This document shows positions 1 to 8,357 of a DNA stretch of 64,000 nucleotides, in pieces (the stretch's first letter is position 1; each line of letters opens with the position of its first letter). The notes under the pieces are model-generated. The model was not told where the DNA came from, ran no database searches, and was given only the letters and a program-made list of their open reading frames with translations. The stretch lies in IMG/VR virus record IMGVR_UViG_3300008262_000008. One strand, given 5' to 3'. This stretch comes from a virus. The position numbers were made by a program, and so were the translations under genes.

Positions 1-122
1 CAGTCGTTCCAATACTCATCATATTCTTCTTCCGACATAGCAAACACCTTTGCAATCTCTTCACGATCTTCTTCACTAATGTCGAAGATTTCGCCTTGCA
101 TGTCAGCAATTTCGTCCCACAT
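1..122 (-). CDS. small acidic hypothetical protein (truncated by window edge)
   Basis: Hand translation MWDEIADMQGEIFDISEEDREE...; directly downstream of the promoter at 147-175. Confidence 0.6.
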   Translation of the reverse strand, partial: MWDEIADMQGEIFDISEEDREEIAKVFAMSEEEYDEYWND

Positions 123-146
123 GTGCTTTGTTTCGATTACTTTGTA

Positions 147-200
147 ATGATAGAACGGATTGCCCCAAAAGTCAACCCCTGAAAGATCAGTGTTGCTTAT
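147..200 (-). promoter_or_regulatory. sigma70-type early promoter with upstream palindromic operator
   Basis: TTGACT(175-170)-N17-TATCAT(152-147); ATAAG-N5-CTGAT at 186-200. Confidence 0.8.
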
Positions 201-203
201 GGG

Positions 204-1097
204 TCACCATGCCTTTGCCAAGTTAAAGTTATTGAAACTAAAGACTTGACGATTGACTAGTTTGAGCGTACCATAATCGTTCGACATCACATAACCTTCG
301 TGATCCGCAATTTGTCCATCAATATAACAGCAAACTCCGTATTCAGGAATAATCAAGTTCATGAAATCTTGCTTGATAGACATAATCATGCGGTAAAATG
401 CGAACAATGCGACATCATAACCAGTTTCTTCCGCAAGTGCTGCGGGGTCAATATCTTTGCCTTCACGAATATAACGATTGAGCACAATCTTGAGATCTTT
501 TGCTTGCTTTTCAGTCACAAAATCAACAGCAGCAGACAAGAACATTGCACTGCAAACTTTACGTTGCAGTGCAACATTTGCAGTAGGATCTACCTGAGCA
601 CCAAACTTGACAAAATAGACTTTATCATTGCTGATCAGTTCAGGTACATCAAACGATGCAACTACATCACGAAGATTATCACCAGTGTACGAAGTATGGC
701 AAGCAATGATAAACTGTTGCTTGATGATATTGTCAAACTTATAGGTGATAGTATTAGGGCGATAGGTATCATCACCACCGAAACCAATAAAATCACCTTG
801 CACAATACCTTTGATGCGAGGCAGACAATCAAATGCTACATGCAAAATATCAGCAACTTTACCCTCATGGTTAGCATCAATCAACTCATGAGAATAGTTG
901 ATCTTGATTTTCTTTTTATTGAAGACAGATTTAGTACCAACGAAGAACTTTCCAGTTTCAGGATCAGTGCCAAACACAATAGCAGGAGCACCATCCCATT
1001 TGATGCTAACTTTGCCAGAATGAGTGAACCAATCCAGCACTGACATATCGCCAGTGAGAATAAGATCTTCAGGATGTTCGAGATGGGTGTTTTTCAT
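204..1097 (-). CDS. conserved T4-like phage protein with ligase/nucleotidyltransferase-like motif I (KWDG)
   Basis: MKNTHLEHPED start; VSIKWDGAPAIVFG resembles KxDG of ATP-dependent ligases; EGYV and LKLV resemble motifs IV/V. Confidence 0.65.
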   Translation of the reverse strand: MKNTHLEHPEDLILTGDMSVLDWFTHSGKVSIKWDGAPAIVFGTDPETGKFFVGTKSVFNKKKIKINYSHELIDANHEGKVADILHVAFDCLPRIKGIVQGDFIGFGGDDTYRPNTITYKFDNIIKQQFIIACHTSYTGDNLRDVVASFDVPELISNDKVYFVKFGAQVDPTANVALQRKVCSAMFLSAAVDFVTEKQAKDLKIVLNRYIREGKDIDPAALAEETGYDVALFAFYRMIMSIKQDFMNLIIPEYGVCCYIDGQIADHEGYVMSNDYGTLKLVNRQVFSFNNFNLAKAW

Positions 1098-1103
1098 GCT
1101 TTA

Positions 1104-1157
1104 AGTATGGCACACAATCAGGCAAAAGTCAACCCCTGAATGATCAGCGTTGCTTAT
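1104..1157 (-). promoter_or_regulatory. sigma70-type early promoter with upstream palindromic operator
   Basis: TTGACT(1132-1127)-N17-CATACT(1109-1104); operator 1143-1157. Confidence 0.8.
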
Positions 1158-1432
1158 CAGACAGAATAGGTCAACTTATCTTTTAACTTTTGCATCGCAC
1201 TGTAGGGTGTAGTTTTATTCAGATCAACTACACTTCCAACGGTTGTGCTATTCTTTGGTGCGTGGAATTGTTTTGTCTTGGTGTTGTAGAATCCCCAGAT
1301 ACAACGACATTCATCACCCAAATTGTAATCAAACCTACGATCAAAATAAATCCAGATTGCAATAACATTGCTCTTAAAGTCTGTGCGCTCATAGTGATAA
1401 CCTTCGGGTGCTTTATGAAATAATAGTTTCAT
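1157..1432 (-). CDS. hypothetical cyanophage protein
   Basis: ORF track; ATGA overlap with upstream ORF. Confidence 0.7.
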   Translation of the reverse strand: MKLLFHKAPEGYHYERTDFKSNVIAIWIYFDRRFDYNLGDECRCIWGFYNTKTKQFHAPKNSTTVGSVVDLNKTTPYSAMQKLKDKLTYSV

Positions 1433-1572
1433 GTGAATACTGCTGTAACTCCTATCACTTTAGCAGTAGGATTGCGAGCAAGTGCAGTACGCTTAGCATC
1501 AGCATAATCTCGTGCTTCAACTATCTCATCGAACACTTTGCCAGCAACATATAACTGAACTTTGCACTTCAT
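1429..1572 (-). CDS. small hypothetical protein (47 aa)
   Basis: Hand translation MKCKVQLYVAGKVFDEIVEARDYADAKRTALARNPTAKVIGVTAVFT; ATGA overlaps at both ends. Confidence 0.7.
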   Translation of the reverse strand: MKCKVQLYVAGKVFDEIVEARDYADAKRTALARNPTAKVIGVTAVFT

Positions 1573-1751
1573 CGTGTTTGATTACGATACTTTCTCTTGA
1601 CATATTTGCTCACAATATTATCAATCACAGGATACCATGGTTCTTTATTGCTAGGGTATCCAAGTTGCCGTGCTTCAGTGAGCAACATCATGATGCAGTT
1701 CTCTTCTTCTTGAGTGAGATTGAGGTAATTGATAATACTAGTTTCAATCAT
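1569..1751 (-). CDS. hypothetical protein
   Basis: ORF track; part of an overlapping chain. Confidence 0.6.
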   Translation of the reverse strand: MIETSIINYLNLTQEEENCIMMLLTEARQLGYPSNKEPWYPVIDNIVSKYVKRKYRNQTR

Positions 1752-1981
1752 CAGTAGTGTGCTTCAGAGTAATCGAGTTGTGCAGAGTATTCTGCAATTT
1801 TATCGAAACACTTTTTACGCATTTCGGTATCAGCACCTTGCATAAATGAGAAGCAATACTTCATACGCTGTTCAGGATGTGCATTGATGCGAGCAATCTC
1901 TGCCTTCGATTTGTTGTATGCGGCATTATATGCAAACATTTCACGATCTTCGATGCTCATGGTGTGAAACTTGCGGTTCAT
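1751..1981 (-). CDS. hypothetical protein
   Basis: ORF track; first gene after promoter 2004-2032. Confidence 0.65.
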   Translation of the reverse strand: MNRKFHTMSIEDREMFAYNAAYNKSKAEIARINAHPEQRMKYCFSFMQGADTEMRKKCFDKIAEYSAQLDYSEAHY

Positions 1982-2003
1982 GTCGTTTCCTGATTACCTT
2001 GTA

Positions 2004-2057
2004 ATAATAAGGCAAAAGGGGGCAGATGTCAACCCCCTATTGATCAGCGTTACTTAT
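2004..2057 (-). promoter_or_regulatory. early promoter within a terminator-like hairpin, plus operator
   Basis: TTGACA(2032-2027)-N17-TATTAT(2009-2004); GGGGG/CCCCC stem around the -35; operator 2043-2057. Confidence 0.8.
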
Positions 2058-2074
2058 GAGTATGATAAAGTATT

Positions 2075-2197
2075 TTAATATGTCATATTGTCATCAATTC
2101 TATAGTCTTCAGGATCACCGATGGTATCATCTTCCATCACATCATCAATCCAATCACGATTAAGTTCATCGCATTGAATGTCATCAAAAATGTTCAT
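2075..2197 (-). CDS. highly acidic micro-protein (40 aa)
   Basis: Hand translation MNIFDDIQCDELNRDWIDDVMEDDTIGDPEDYRIDDNMTY; 15/40 D+E; ATGA overlap. Confidence 0.6.
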   Translation of the reverse strand: MNIFDDIQCDELNRDWIDDVMEDDTIGDPEDYRIDDNMTY

Positions 2198-2325
2198 GAT
2201 TGTTTCTTTAATTTCTGAATAAATTGGTTACGTTGTTTCTTGAGTTGACGTGTTCGAGCAGAACGTTTAGGAGATTTATCGTTTCTCCCTTGTTTTCTCG
2301 GTGTTTCGTGTGATTTGAGGTGCAT
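2194..2325 (-). CDS. highly basic micro-protein (43 aa)
   Basis: Hand translation MHLKSHETPRKQGRNDKSPKRSARTRQLKKQRNQFIQKLKKQS; 15/43 K+R. Confidence 0.6.
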   Translation of the reverse strand: MHLKSHETPRKQGRNDKSPKRSARTRQLKKQRNQFIQKLKKQS

Positions 2326-2330
2326 TGTTC

Positions 2331-2480
2331 TTACTCATAGTCATAATCTATGATATAATCTATACTATAATCATCATATTCAATTTCATATTCTTCATCT
2401 GTTATGATTGGTTCTCTAAACTCTTTAACCCATTCAGAGAGAGATACTGTTGTAGAATACGGATTGAACTTGTTATACAT
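2331..2480 (-). CDS. micro-protein with acidic Tyr-rich tail (49 aa)
   Basis: Hand translation MYNKFNPYS...DEEYEIEYDDYSIDYIIDYDYE. Confidence 0.55.
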   Translation of the reverse strand: MYNKFNPYSTTVSLSEWVKEFREPIITDEEYEIEYDDYSIDYIIDYDYE

Positions 2481-2490
2481 GAGTTAGTCC

Positions 2491-2667
2491 TCAACGTTGA
2501 TAATCTTCTTCAGAGAACTCATCATAGATCTTTTCTAGTTTTCGTTGGCGATTATTCTGTTTTTTAACATCATAACTGAACTCATCATGGAAACGAAACC
2601 TAGTAGAAACTTTGTTTCGATGTGACTTTGGAGTATAGTCACTGTTACGACGGAAAGTTTTACCCAT
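2491..2667 (-). CDS. basic micro-protein (58 aa)
   Basis: Hand translation MGKTFRRNSDYTPKSHRNKVSTRFRFHDEF... Confidence 0.55.
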   Translation of the reverse strand: MGKTFRRNSDYTPKSHRNKVSTRFRFHDEFSYDVKKQNNRQRKLEKIYDEFSEEDYQR

Positions 2668-2701
2668 GTTTAATGTGATTTAAGCAATGTAAAGTACAAT
2701 T

Positions 2702-2788
2702 TATTTAGACGACATGCAATCATTTTTGATTGCCTAGACATCATAGACCTCTTGCCAGTTGTTGTCAATAGGTCCAGTTTGGAAAGTG
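2702..2788 (-). promoter_or_regulatory. sigma70 promoter, leader hairpin and late-promoter-like CTAAATA
   Basis: TTGACA(2768-2763)-N17-TATGAT(2745-2740); hairpin GCAATCA-AAAA-TGATTGC 2716-2733; CTAAATA 2708-2702; imperfect palindrome TCCACTT-N4-AACTGGA upstream of the -35. Confidence 0.7.
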
Positions 2789-2790
2789 GA

Positions 2791-4038
2791 TCAGCGGGTT
2801 GCCACACTGATAGCAGGCAGACCTTGCACGAAGATGGTGTCAACAACCCCTTGCAATCTCTTGGCAATAGCACTACCATAGTTGGTGAACACTGGCACGA
2901 TCACACTACCAAACTGTTTGCGATACAGATGACATGCACCTGCAGGAATACGACCAGCAGCAATATCCTTGGCATCATCTTTGTCCATACGGATAACACG
3001 ACCGACAGTTTGTGCCATCTCGATGATAGGCATTTGACGCAACATGATGCAGTTGGTGAGACCAGGAACGTTGATACCTTCGGAAAGAATACTATAGTGA
3101 AGGAGCACAAACTTCTTGGATTTGTCTTTGCCCCACTCAGTCAGAGTGTCAAAGAACTTCTCACGATTGACCTTGGTACGATTAACATAGGCACCGTGCT
3201 TAGAAGTGATGTGAAGGATGCCAAATCCACGCTCTTCAAGTTCCCTAAGAATGTCAGAGTTAGTGAGCATGTTCCACATCACTTTGGTGCTGGGAGCAGC
3301 AACGAGCACCTTAGGATTGCCCTCCAGAGTGTCAAGAATGTCAACAATCATGTTACGATCTGCCTCAGCAGCAGTACGCTTATCACGGGTGATGTCTACT
3401 TTGTAGGTATCAACTTGTGGAGGAATGATGCAACCAGTGTCAATCAGTTCTTTAGCAGCAACGTTGTGAATAATGTTGCCGTAGATGCTAACGTTGTTCA
3501 TGCCGTTAGCATTAGGATTGGTATGATGTTTGGGAGTTGCAGTGAAGAAATACTTGCTATCTGCAGACATCGAAGTAGCAGCAACAGCAATAAAGTGAGA
3601 CTTTTGAGTAGAATTGTGTGCCTCGTCGAAGTATGCTACATCAACATTCACACCAGCATCAACAACACGACCCAGAGAATGATAGGTAGTGAAGATGATA
3701 CGATTGGTGCCTGCATGTTGAGTAACCCAATCCGCAATCTTGTCGGATTTGGTAGTAGAATAGTGATGTGTCTCACCACTATGAACGTGCATCACATTTG
3801 CAGAGGTGATAAACTCAAGAAACTCTGCAGAGAGTTGCTCAGCAAGCAGAATACGAGGTGCTACAACAACAGCAACCTGACCAGGATTCTGCACAAAACG
3901 TTGCAGCAAGTTCATGATCATAACAAGAGTTTTCCCACCACCAGTAGGAAAAATAATTTGCCCAATATCGTGCTGGTTCATTGCATCGAGAGCACGAGAT
4001 TGATGTAGACGTAATTTCATAACAAAGTCGATCACCAT
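2791..4038 (-). CDS. superfamily 2 DEAH helicase (ResIII-like)
   Basis: Walker A PTGGGKT, DEAH, motif III TAT, motif V SEGINVP, motif VI QTVGRVIR. Confidence 0.9.
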   Translation of the reverse strand: MVIDFVMKLRLHQSRALDAMNQHDIGQIIFPTGGGKTLVMIMNLLQRFVQNPGQVAVVVAPRILLAEQLSAEFLEFITSANVMHVHSGETHHYSTTKSDKIADWVTQHAGTNRIIFTTYHSLGRVVDAGVNVDVAYFDEAHNSTQKSHFIAVAATSMSADSKYFFTATPKHHTNPNANGMNNVSIYGNIIHNVAAKELIDTGCIIPPQVDTYKVDITRDKRTAAEADRNMIVDILDTLEGNPKVLVAAPSTKVMWNMLTNSDILRELEERGFGILHITSKHGAYVNRTKVNREKFFDTLTEWGKDKSKKFVLLHYSILSEGINVPGLTNCIMLRQMPIIEMAQTVGRVIRMDKDDAKDIAAGRIPAGACHLYRKQFGSVIVPVFTNYGSAIAKRLQGVVDTIFVQGLPAISVATR

Positions 4039-4041
4039 GTA

Positions 4042-4095
4042 AATATCCCATAAAAAAGAGGGTTTGTCAACCCCCTATTGATCAGTAAAACTAAT
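4042..4095 (-). promoter_or_regulatory. early promoter within an intrinsic terminator, plus operator
   Basis: TTGACA(4070-4065)-N17-GATATT(4047-4042); GGGGGTT-GACA-AACCCTC-T6; operator 4081-4095. Confidence 0.8.
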
Positions 4096-4789
4096 CATCA
4101 ACATTAAATATCTTTATCAAATCTTGCTTTTCATCATATTTTCCCATTAATTTATCATTTATGCTACACCATTGTAGCAGTTTATCCTCACAAAAATATG
4201 CTTCTTCTCCATATTTTTGTCTTAGCATTTCTTCGTAACTATCATATGAACTTCGTCTGTACATATAATGACCATACAAATGCGTTTCTAATCTATGGCA
4301 GATTACACACAACTGTTCGCAATTCTTCAACTCTAATTGAAGTTTTTCATATAATTTTTTCTTTTTATTAGGATCGTCTACACGATACCATTCCCTAATA
4401 AGATTTGATACATTATCTGTTTTTTTATTTCTATCAATATGGTTCCACTCAAATAATTTTATAATATATTCATATTGTTCAATTTCAGTTAAATCTTTAA
4501 ACTCTGGATATACTTTAATTGCATCTTCAATAGCAAGAAATCCATTACGATGATACCTACATTTGGGATTTTCACAACCAATGGTTAACCAGTCTTTGTT
4601 AATTTCATACAGTCGTTTAGGTCTTTCAGACCTAATTACTGCACGACGGTTTCTCTCTCGTATTCTTTGTGCAATATACTTATTCCTGTCTATGAGATGA
4701 GAACCTCTCTGACTTGTTTTATATATTTTACCATTAGGAAGTGGATCACCTGCCATACCAGGTTGACCCCAAATATTTAATATTGTCAT
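4091..4789 (-). CDS. HNH-family endonuclease
   Basis: CENPKC...EWNHID...K...NVSNL...CEQLCVICHR zinc/HNH pattern; visibly AT-rich relative to the helicase. Confidence 0.7.
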   Translation of the reverse strand: MTILNIWGQPGMAGDPLPNGKIYKTSQRGSHLIDRNKYIAQRIRERNRRAVIRSERPKRLYEINKDWLTIGCENPKCRYHRNGFLAIEDAIKVYPEFKDLTEIEQYEYIIKLFEWNHIDRNKKTDNVSNLIREWYRVDDPNKKKKLYEKLQLELKNCEQLCVICHRLETHLYGHYMYRRSSYDSYEEMLRQKYGEEAYFCEDKLLQWCSINDKLMGKYDEKQDLIKIFNVDD

Positions 4790-4798
4790 ATGAGTTTA

Positions 4799-5068
4799 TT
4801 ATTTTTTATTTTGTTTTTTTATAATTTCATTAATTTTTTTAATTTCTTCTTTTCCAAAATATTCATGGTGAGTAACTTCATACTCTAATCCATGTTTGCC
4901 AGCATCGAACCATTCAGCATATTCTTCATAAATTGCCTTAGCATTGCCAGAATAATAATCAACTAAAGATTGTCTTTTTAACTTGTGAGAATGTGCCTCA
5001 AGATCAATCATTCGTGCGCCCATCGTCATGAATGTTTCTTTAACAGCATCATAAAGTGCTTTTTCCAT
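4799..5068 (-). CDS. hypothetical protein
   Basis: ORF track. Confidence 0.6.
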   Translation of the reverse strand: MEKALYDAVKETFMTMGARMIDLEAHSHKLKRQSLVDYYSGNAKAIYEEYAEWFDAGKHGLEYEVTHHEYFGKEEIKKINEIIKKQNKK

Positions 5069-5074
5069 AATTAA

Positions 5075-5236
5075 TTACCTACTGAAGTCGTTTTTAAGTT
5101 TTAATGCAATTTCATTTGTCTCATCAATGTGACCTAGGTATGCATTTACTAGATTTAGAATAAAGTTTTGTTCTGGTATTGTAAAATACAAACGACGATT
5201 TGGAACCCAAACATTAGATTGTTTTGTTTCTGGCAT
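5075..5236 (-). CDS. hypothetical protein (53 aa)
   Basis: Hand translation MPETKQSNVWVPNRRLYF...; follows promoter 5258-5286. Confidence 0.55.
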   Translation of the reverse strand: MPETKQSNVWVPNRRLYFTIPEQNFILNLVNAYLGHIDETNEIALKLKNDFSR

Positions 5237-5257
5237 GGTTGATTGAAGATAGTAGGT

Positions 5258-5294
5258 ACAGTAGCATGAAAAAGGGAACTTGTCAACCCCCCTT
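5258..5294 (-). promoter_or_regulatory. sigma70 promoter overlapping a terminator-like hairpin
   Basis: TTGACA(5286-5281)-N17-TACTGT(5263-5258) with extended TG. Confidence 0.65.
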
Positions 5295-5494
5295 CAATAA
5301 ACATCATTGGGGGATGGAAAGTCCGCCATCATAGTATAATTTATGAGTGCATCAATTTGTGCTTGCAATCTGTTCTCCATTTCATAGAGAGCATTAGTTG
5401 TTTCAACATTTTCTTGTTCCAGATATTTGACACGTTCTTCTAATTCATTTACCTTTTCAGTAAGTTGTTTGACTAGTAAATTAAGTGTGTTCAT
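5294..5494 (-). CDS. coiled-coil hypothetical protein
   Basis: ORF track 5294..5518; ATG at 5494 (MNTLNLL) follows the upstream stop at 5496. Confidence 0.65.
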   Translation of the reverse strand: MNTLNLLVKQLTEKVNELEERVKYLEQENVETTNALYEMENRLQAQIDALINYTMMADFPSPNDVY

Positions 5495-5495
5495 A

Positions 5496-5672
5496 TCAAT
5501 AATTTGTTGGTCCATCAAATTGTGTCATGTCACCCTTACCCGCCAAAGATTTAGATAACAACTGTGCATATGTTTCCATATATGCTGGATCAAAGGATTG
5601 CATATTACTTTTTTTAATACAATCTCTCATTTCTTTGAGTTGTTTCCATTCTTGTTCGGTCATGTCTGTCAT
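5496..5672 (-). CDS. hypothetical protein (58 aa)
   Basis: Hand translation MTDMTEQEWKQLKEMRDCIKK... Confidence 0.6.
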   Translation of the reverse strand: MTDMTEQEWKQLKEMRDCIKKSNMQSFDPAYMETYAQLLSKSLAGKGDMTQFDGPTNY

Positions 5673-5737
5673 GAGTTCCGCTTGAGTTACAATAGTATAT
5701 TATCAGGAAAGCAACACAAATCAAGAAATCTTAATGT

Positions 5738-6037
5738 TTAATACAGATTGCTGTAACATTCCGCAACATAATCATTTTTAATAAGTTTATGTCTTTCAAT
5801 GTATTTGTGTACATGTGATTCATGCGAGAACCAGCACACTTTTTTACCCTTTTCTTCTTTATGTTCAATACGATAAGGGAATGTTTCATATGGAAACTTA
5901 TTCAAATCATTCGTAGGTTTGATGATTTGAGTATTCTCTACTTTCTTCACCCTAGTTTTGGGTGTAATTGGTTGTTTTTTTGGTGCTTTCTTCTTTGCTG
6001 CTGGTTTAGTCTCTTCAGTTTTCTTTACTCGGGGCAT
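5738..6037 (-). CDS. Lys-rich hypothetical protein
   Basis: ORF track; TGATG coupling. Confidence 0.65.
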   Translation of the reverse strand: MPRVKKTEETKPAAKKKAPKKQPITPKTRVKKVENTQIIKPTNDLNKFPYETFPYRIEHKEEKGKKVCWFSHESHVHKYIERHKLIKNDYVAECYSNLY

Positions 6038-6432
6038 CAGCGTCCTGTCACATCGGTGTGGTCCTGTATCCTACCATATCTGAAGTGGATTTGCAACCTG
6101 GGCCAGTCTTCCCATGCTCCTTTCCAATTAGCAGGATACACTTCAATATACTTTGTGATGTAGCATGGTTGATACTTACCATGCACACCAGTAGGTATCC
6201 ATTCGTGATTAAAGAACTTCTTGTCTGGATCATACTTAGGATGACCCTCTTCGTATATTTCTAATGAATGTGTGCCATGATAACTTGGATACCACAAAAG
6301 ACCACTGGGATCTAACCAATAGTCTGTCATTGTGCCACCAATACCATCTTCAATATCTTTAGTTTGACACACTACATTTGTGAACTGTTCTCCTATATCA
6401 TACGATGAACGAAAATAGTCAAACATTCCCAT
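6037..6432 (-). CDS. hypothetical protein
   Basis: ORF track. Confidence 0.7.
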   Translation of the reverse strand: MGMFDYFRSSYDIGEQFTNVVCQTKDIEDGIGGTMTDYWLDPSGLLWYPSYHGTHSLEIYEEGHPKYDPDKKFFNHEWIPTGVHGKYQPCYITKYIEVYPANWKGAWEDWPRLQIHFRYGRIQDHTDVTGR

Positions 6433-6434
6433 TA

Positions 6435-6908
6435 TTATTCTCCTAGTGTGTGAATGACAGGTTTTTCATGTGCAAGAATATGATAGAGATCAGGATCTTT
6501 TGCTGCTGATACAGGAATAAACTCAGTTTCAGGATTAAACTCTTCATCGCGGATTGCTTGGTTGATGACAATCGATCCTTCAGCACCAGAGTATGAACGA
6601 TGATATGTCATCTTAGGAATGTATAATGCACCTGATGAACGATTAAGATGTACAATATGATAAGGATACCGCCATTCTGTATTCACTAGTTCAAATGTGC
6701 GAATACCAGACAGAACACGATTATGATCTACCTGATGATAATGAATATAAAATTGTTTTGCTCCTACAATATCATCGGGTGGTGAAATAGCAGCACCAGT
6801 ATGAATTACAAGATCTTGTGCGTTTGAGTTTTCTACAGAGATGTCATAGAATACAACTGCATCTGTTTCCCTGAATACTCTATGTTTTTTAAAGTGAACT
6901 TCGCTCAT
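6435..6908 (-). CDS. cupin/RmlC-like protein of cyanophages and cyanobacteria
   Basis: FRETDAVVFYDI; FYIHYHQVDHNRVLSG and LYIPKMTYHRS cupin-like His motifs. Confidence 0.65.
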   Translation of the reverse strand: MSEVHFKKHRVFRETDAVVFYDISVENSNAQDLVIHTGAAISPPDDIVGAKQFYIHYHQVDHNRVLSGIRTFELVNTEWRYPYHIVHLNRSSGALYIPKMTYHRSYSGAEGSIVINQAIRDEEFNPETEFIPVSAAKDPDLYHILAHEKPVIHTLGE

Positions 6909-6930
6909 AATTTAACTCCATCTTGCATAT

Positions 6931-7113
6931 TTATTCTGCTCGATCAAACTCTTCAATTTGATCTGCAGATACTTCATGTTCACCAGCAACGAGATACCAA
7001 TGGTGTCCTGCACGTTCTCCAAGATATTTCATTTGATCTTCTTGAAAATGATTTTCTCTCATTGCTGCTTGAATCTTCAAGTGAATTAATTCTTCATGTG
7101 TTGGTACTTTCAT
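6931..7113 (-). CDS. hypothetical protein
   Basis: ORF track; ATGA overlap. Confidence 0.65.
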   Translation of the reverse strand: MKVPTHEELIHLKIQAAMRENHFQEDQMKYLGERAGHHWYLVAGEHEVSADQIEEFDRAE

Positions 7114-7310
7114 TCTGATAACCTCAATTTACGTTCGGGTGAAGGGATGTGTATAAGAAAGGGATCATCGTATGGATAGATATATTCATCATACCATCCA
7201 TAACATAATGCTTCCCAAAACTCGGGTGTATTGTAACTATCCCAAGCATACATGAAGTTGTGATATCCTTCAAGGAAGTCTTCCCATTTTGTTTGTTTAA
7301 CAAGTCTCAT
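7110..7310 (-). CDS. hypothetical protein
   Basis: ORF track 7110..7343; start trimmed to MRLVKQ. Confidence 0.6.
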   Translation of the reverse strand: MRLVKQTKWEDFLEGYHNFMYAWDSYNTPEFWEALCYGWYDEYIYPYDDPFLIHIPSPERKLRLSE

Positions 7311-7566
7311 TGGAATAATATATTCTAAGGTTGTCACCACCAATATTCATGTGGTAGATTTTGCCGTCGTTGGTGTAGATACCAATCCACACATGACGAC
7401 CTTCTTCCATAGTTTCGTAGTGAAACATTCTAATATCTTCCAGCACAATTTCGTCTGGGTTCTTTTCAAATCTACTCATTTTGTTCTCCACTCTTTTGTA
7501 TTCTACACCCATAATGGTTGCAGTATCACCTTCTATAAGAACTTTTGATATGTCTATTTCAGTCAT
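7297..7566 (-). CDS. hypothetical protein
   Basis: ORF track. Confidence 0.6.
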   Translation of the reverse strand: MTEIDISKVLIEGDTATIMGVEYKRVENKMSRFEKNPDEIVLEDIRMFHYETMEEGRHVWIGIYTNDGKIYHMNIGGDNLRIYYSNETC

Positions 7567-7909
7567 CTCTCAAACTATCCAATACTTGAAGAAGAAAAGC
7601 AATAGAGTTAGCATACTCTCGTCCATCTTGACCGCCCATTACAATATAGGCAATCTCTTTCTCTGCTAGTTCGATACGTTCATTCCGTGTGAGTTCTTGT
7701 AGTGTGGGGCGATACCAATTACCATCAGCATCTTGTTTGAATCCAGCAGCAAGTTTTTCTTTTTCTTCCCTCTCAATCTTCGCAAGTTGTTTTAGAGCAT
7801 CACCATTCTCTTCATAGAGTTTATCAAGGGCATCTAATGCTTTACGCTCTGCTTCACGACGCTCTGCTTCTTCAAACATTTCGTCGGGATATGGTCCACT
7901 TTCAATCAT
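7559..7909 (-). CDS. hypothetical protein
   Basis: ORF track. Confidence 0.6.
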   Translation of the reverse strand: MIESGPYPDEMFEEAERREAERKALDALDKLYEENGDALKQLAKIEREEKEKLAAGFKQDADGNWYRPTLQELTRNERIELAEKEIAYIVMGGQDGREYANSIAFLLQVLDSLRDD

Positions 7910-8145
7910 TTGTTCTTCTCACAATACAGGAAATACTTGTACTCTGCAACTTGGTGTGGTGCATATCTTACCACATCACACTCTTTGTACTTATCAACCA
8001 CTTCAAATGATGCCTCCAATGGTTTATCACCAGAAGCAAAGTGTGCTAGTACAATCAGAATAATGATGAATACAACAGAGGCACCAAGAAATACACTAAC
8101 ACCACGCAGAAACTCTTTGAGAGCATACTTATCTTCTTCAGTCAT
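7906..8145 (-). CDS. single-TM membrane protein
   Basis: Hydrophobic VSVFLGASVVFIIILIVLAHF; ATGA overlaps. Confidence 0.65.
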   Translation of the reverse strand: MTEEDKYALKEFLRGVSVFLGASVVFIIILIVLAHFASGDKPLEASFEVVDKYKECDVVRYAPHQVAEYKYFLYCEKNK

Positions 8146-8357
8146 TCGTCAATCTCCATGATTTCAATAACAGATTTGATCTTCTCTAGATCTTGCAGTC
8201 GTGCCTCAATTTCATCATACTGTTCGCAGAAGTCATCCATACGCTCTTGGTGTCCATCATCATCATAGTTTGTCTCCTCTCGGATCTCCCATTCTACATC
8301 AGACAGACGAGCACGAGTGTCATCGATGAAGTATTCTAGAGTGTCAATCAATCCCAT
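8142..8357 (-). CDS. acidic coiled-coil hypothetical protein
   Basis: ORF track 8142..8399; start trimmed to MGLIDT. Confidence 0.6.
   Translation of the reverse strand: MGLIDTLEYFIDDTRARLSDVEWEIREETNYDDDGHQERMDDFCEQYDEIEARLQDLEKIKSVIEIMEIDE

Noticed and set aside
2670-2879. ORF 2670..2879
   Set aside because: Spans the helicase 3' end and a promoter; better explained as regulatory DNA.
300-4008. Long plus-strand ORFs 300..1043 and 2752..4008
   Set aside because: Antisense shadows of well-supported minus-strand genes; no recognisable motifs or start signals.
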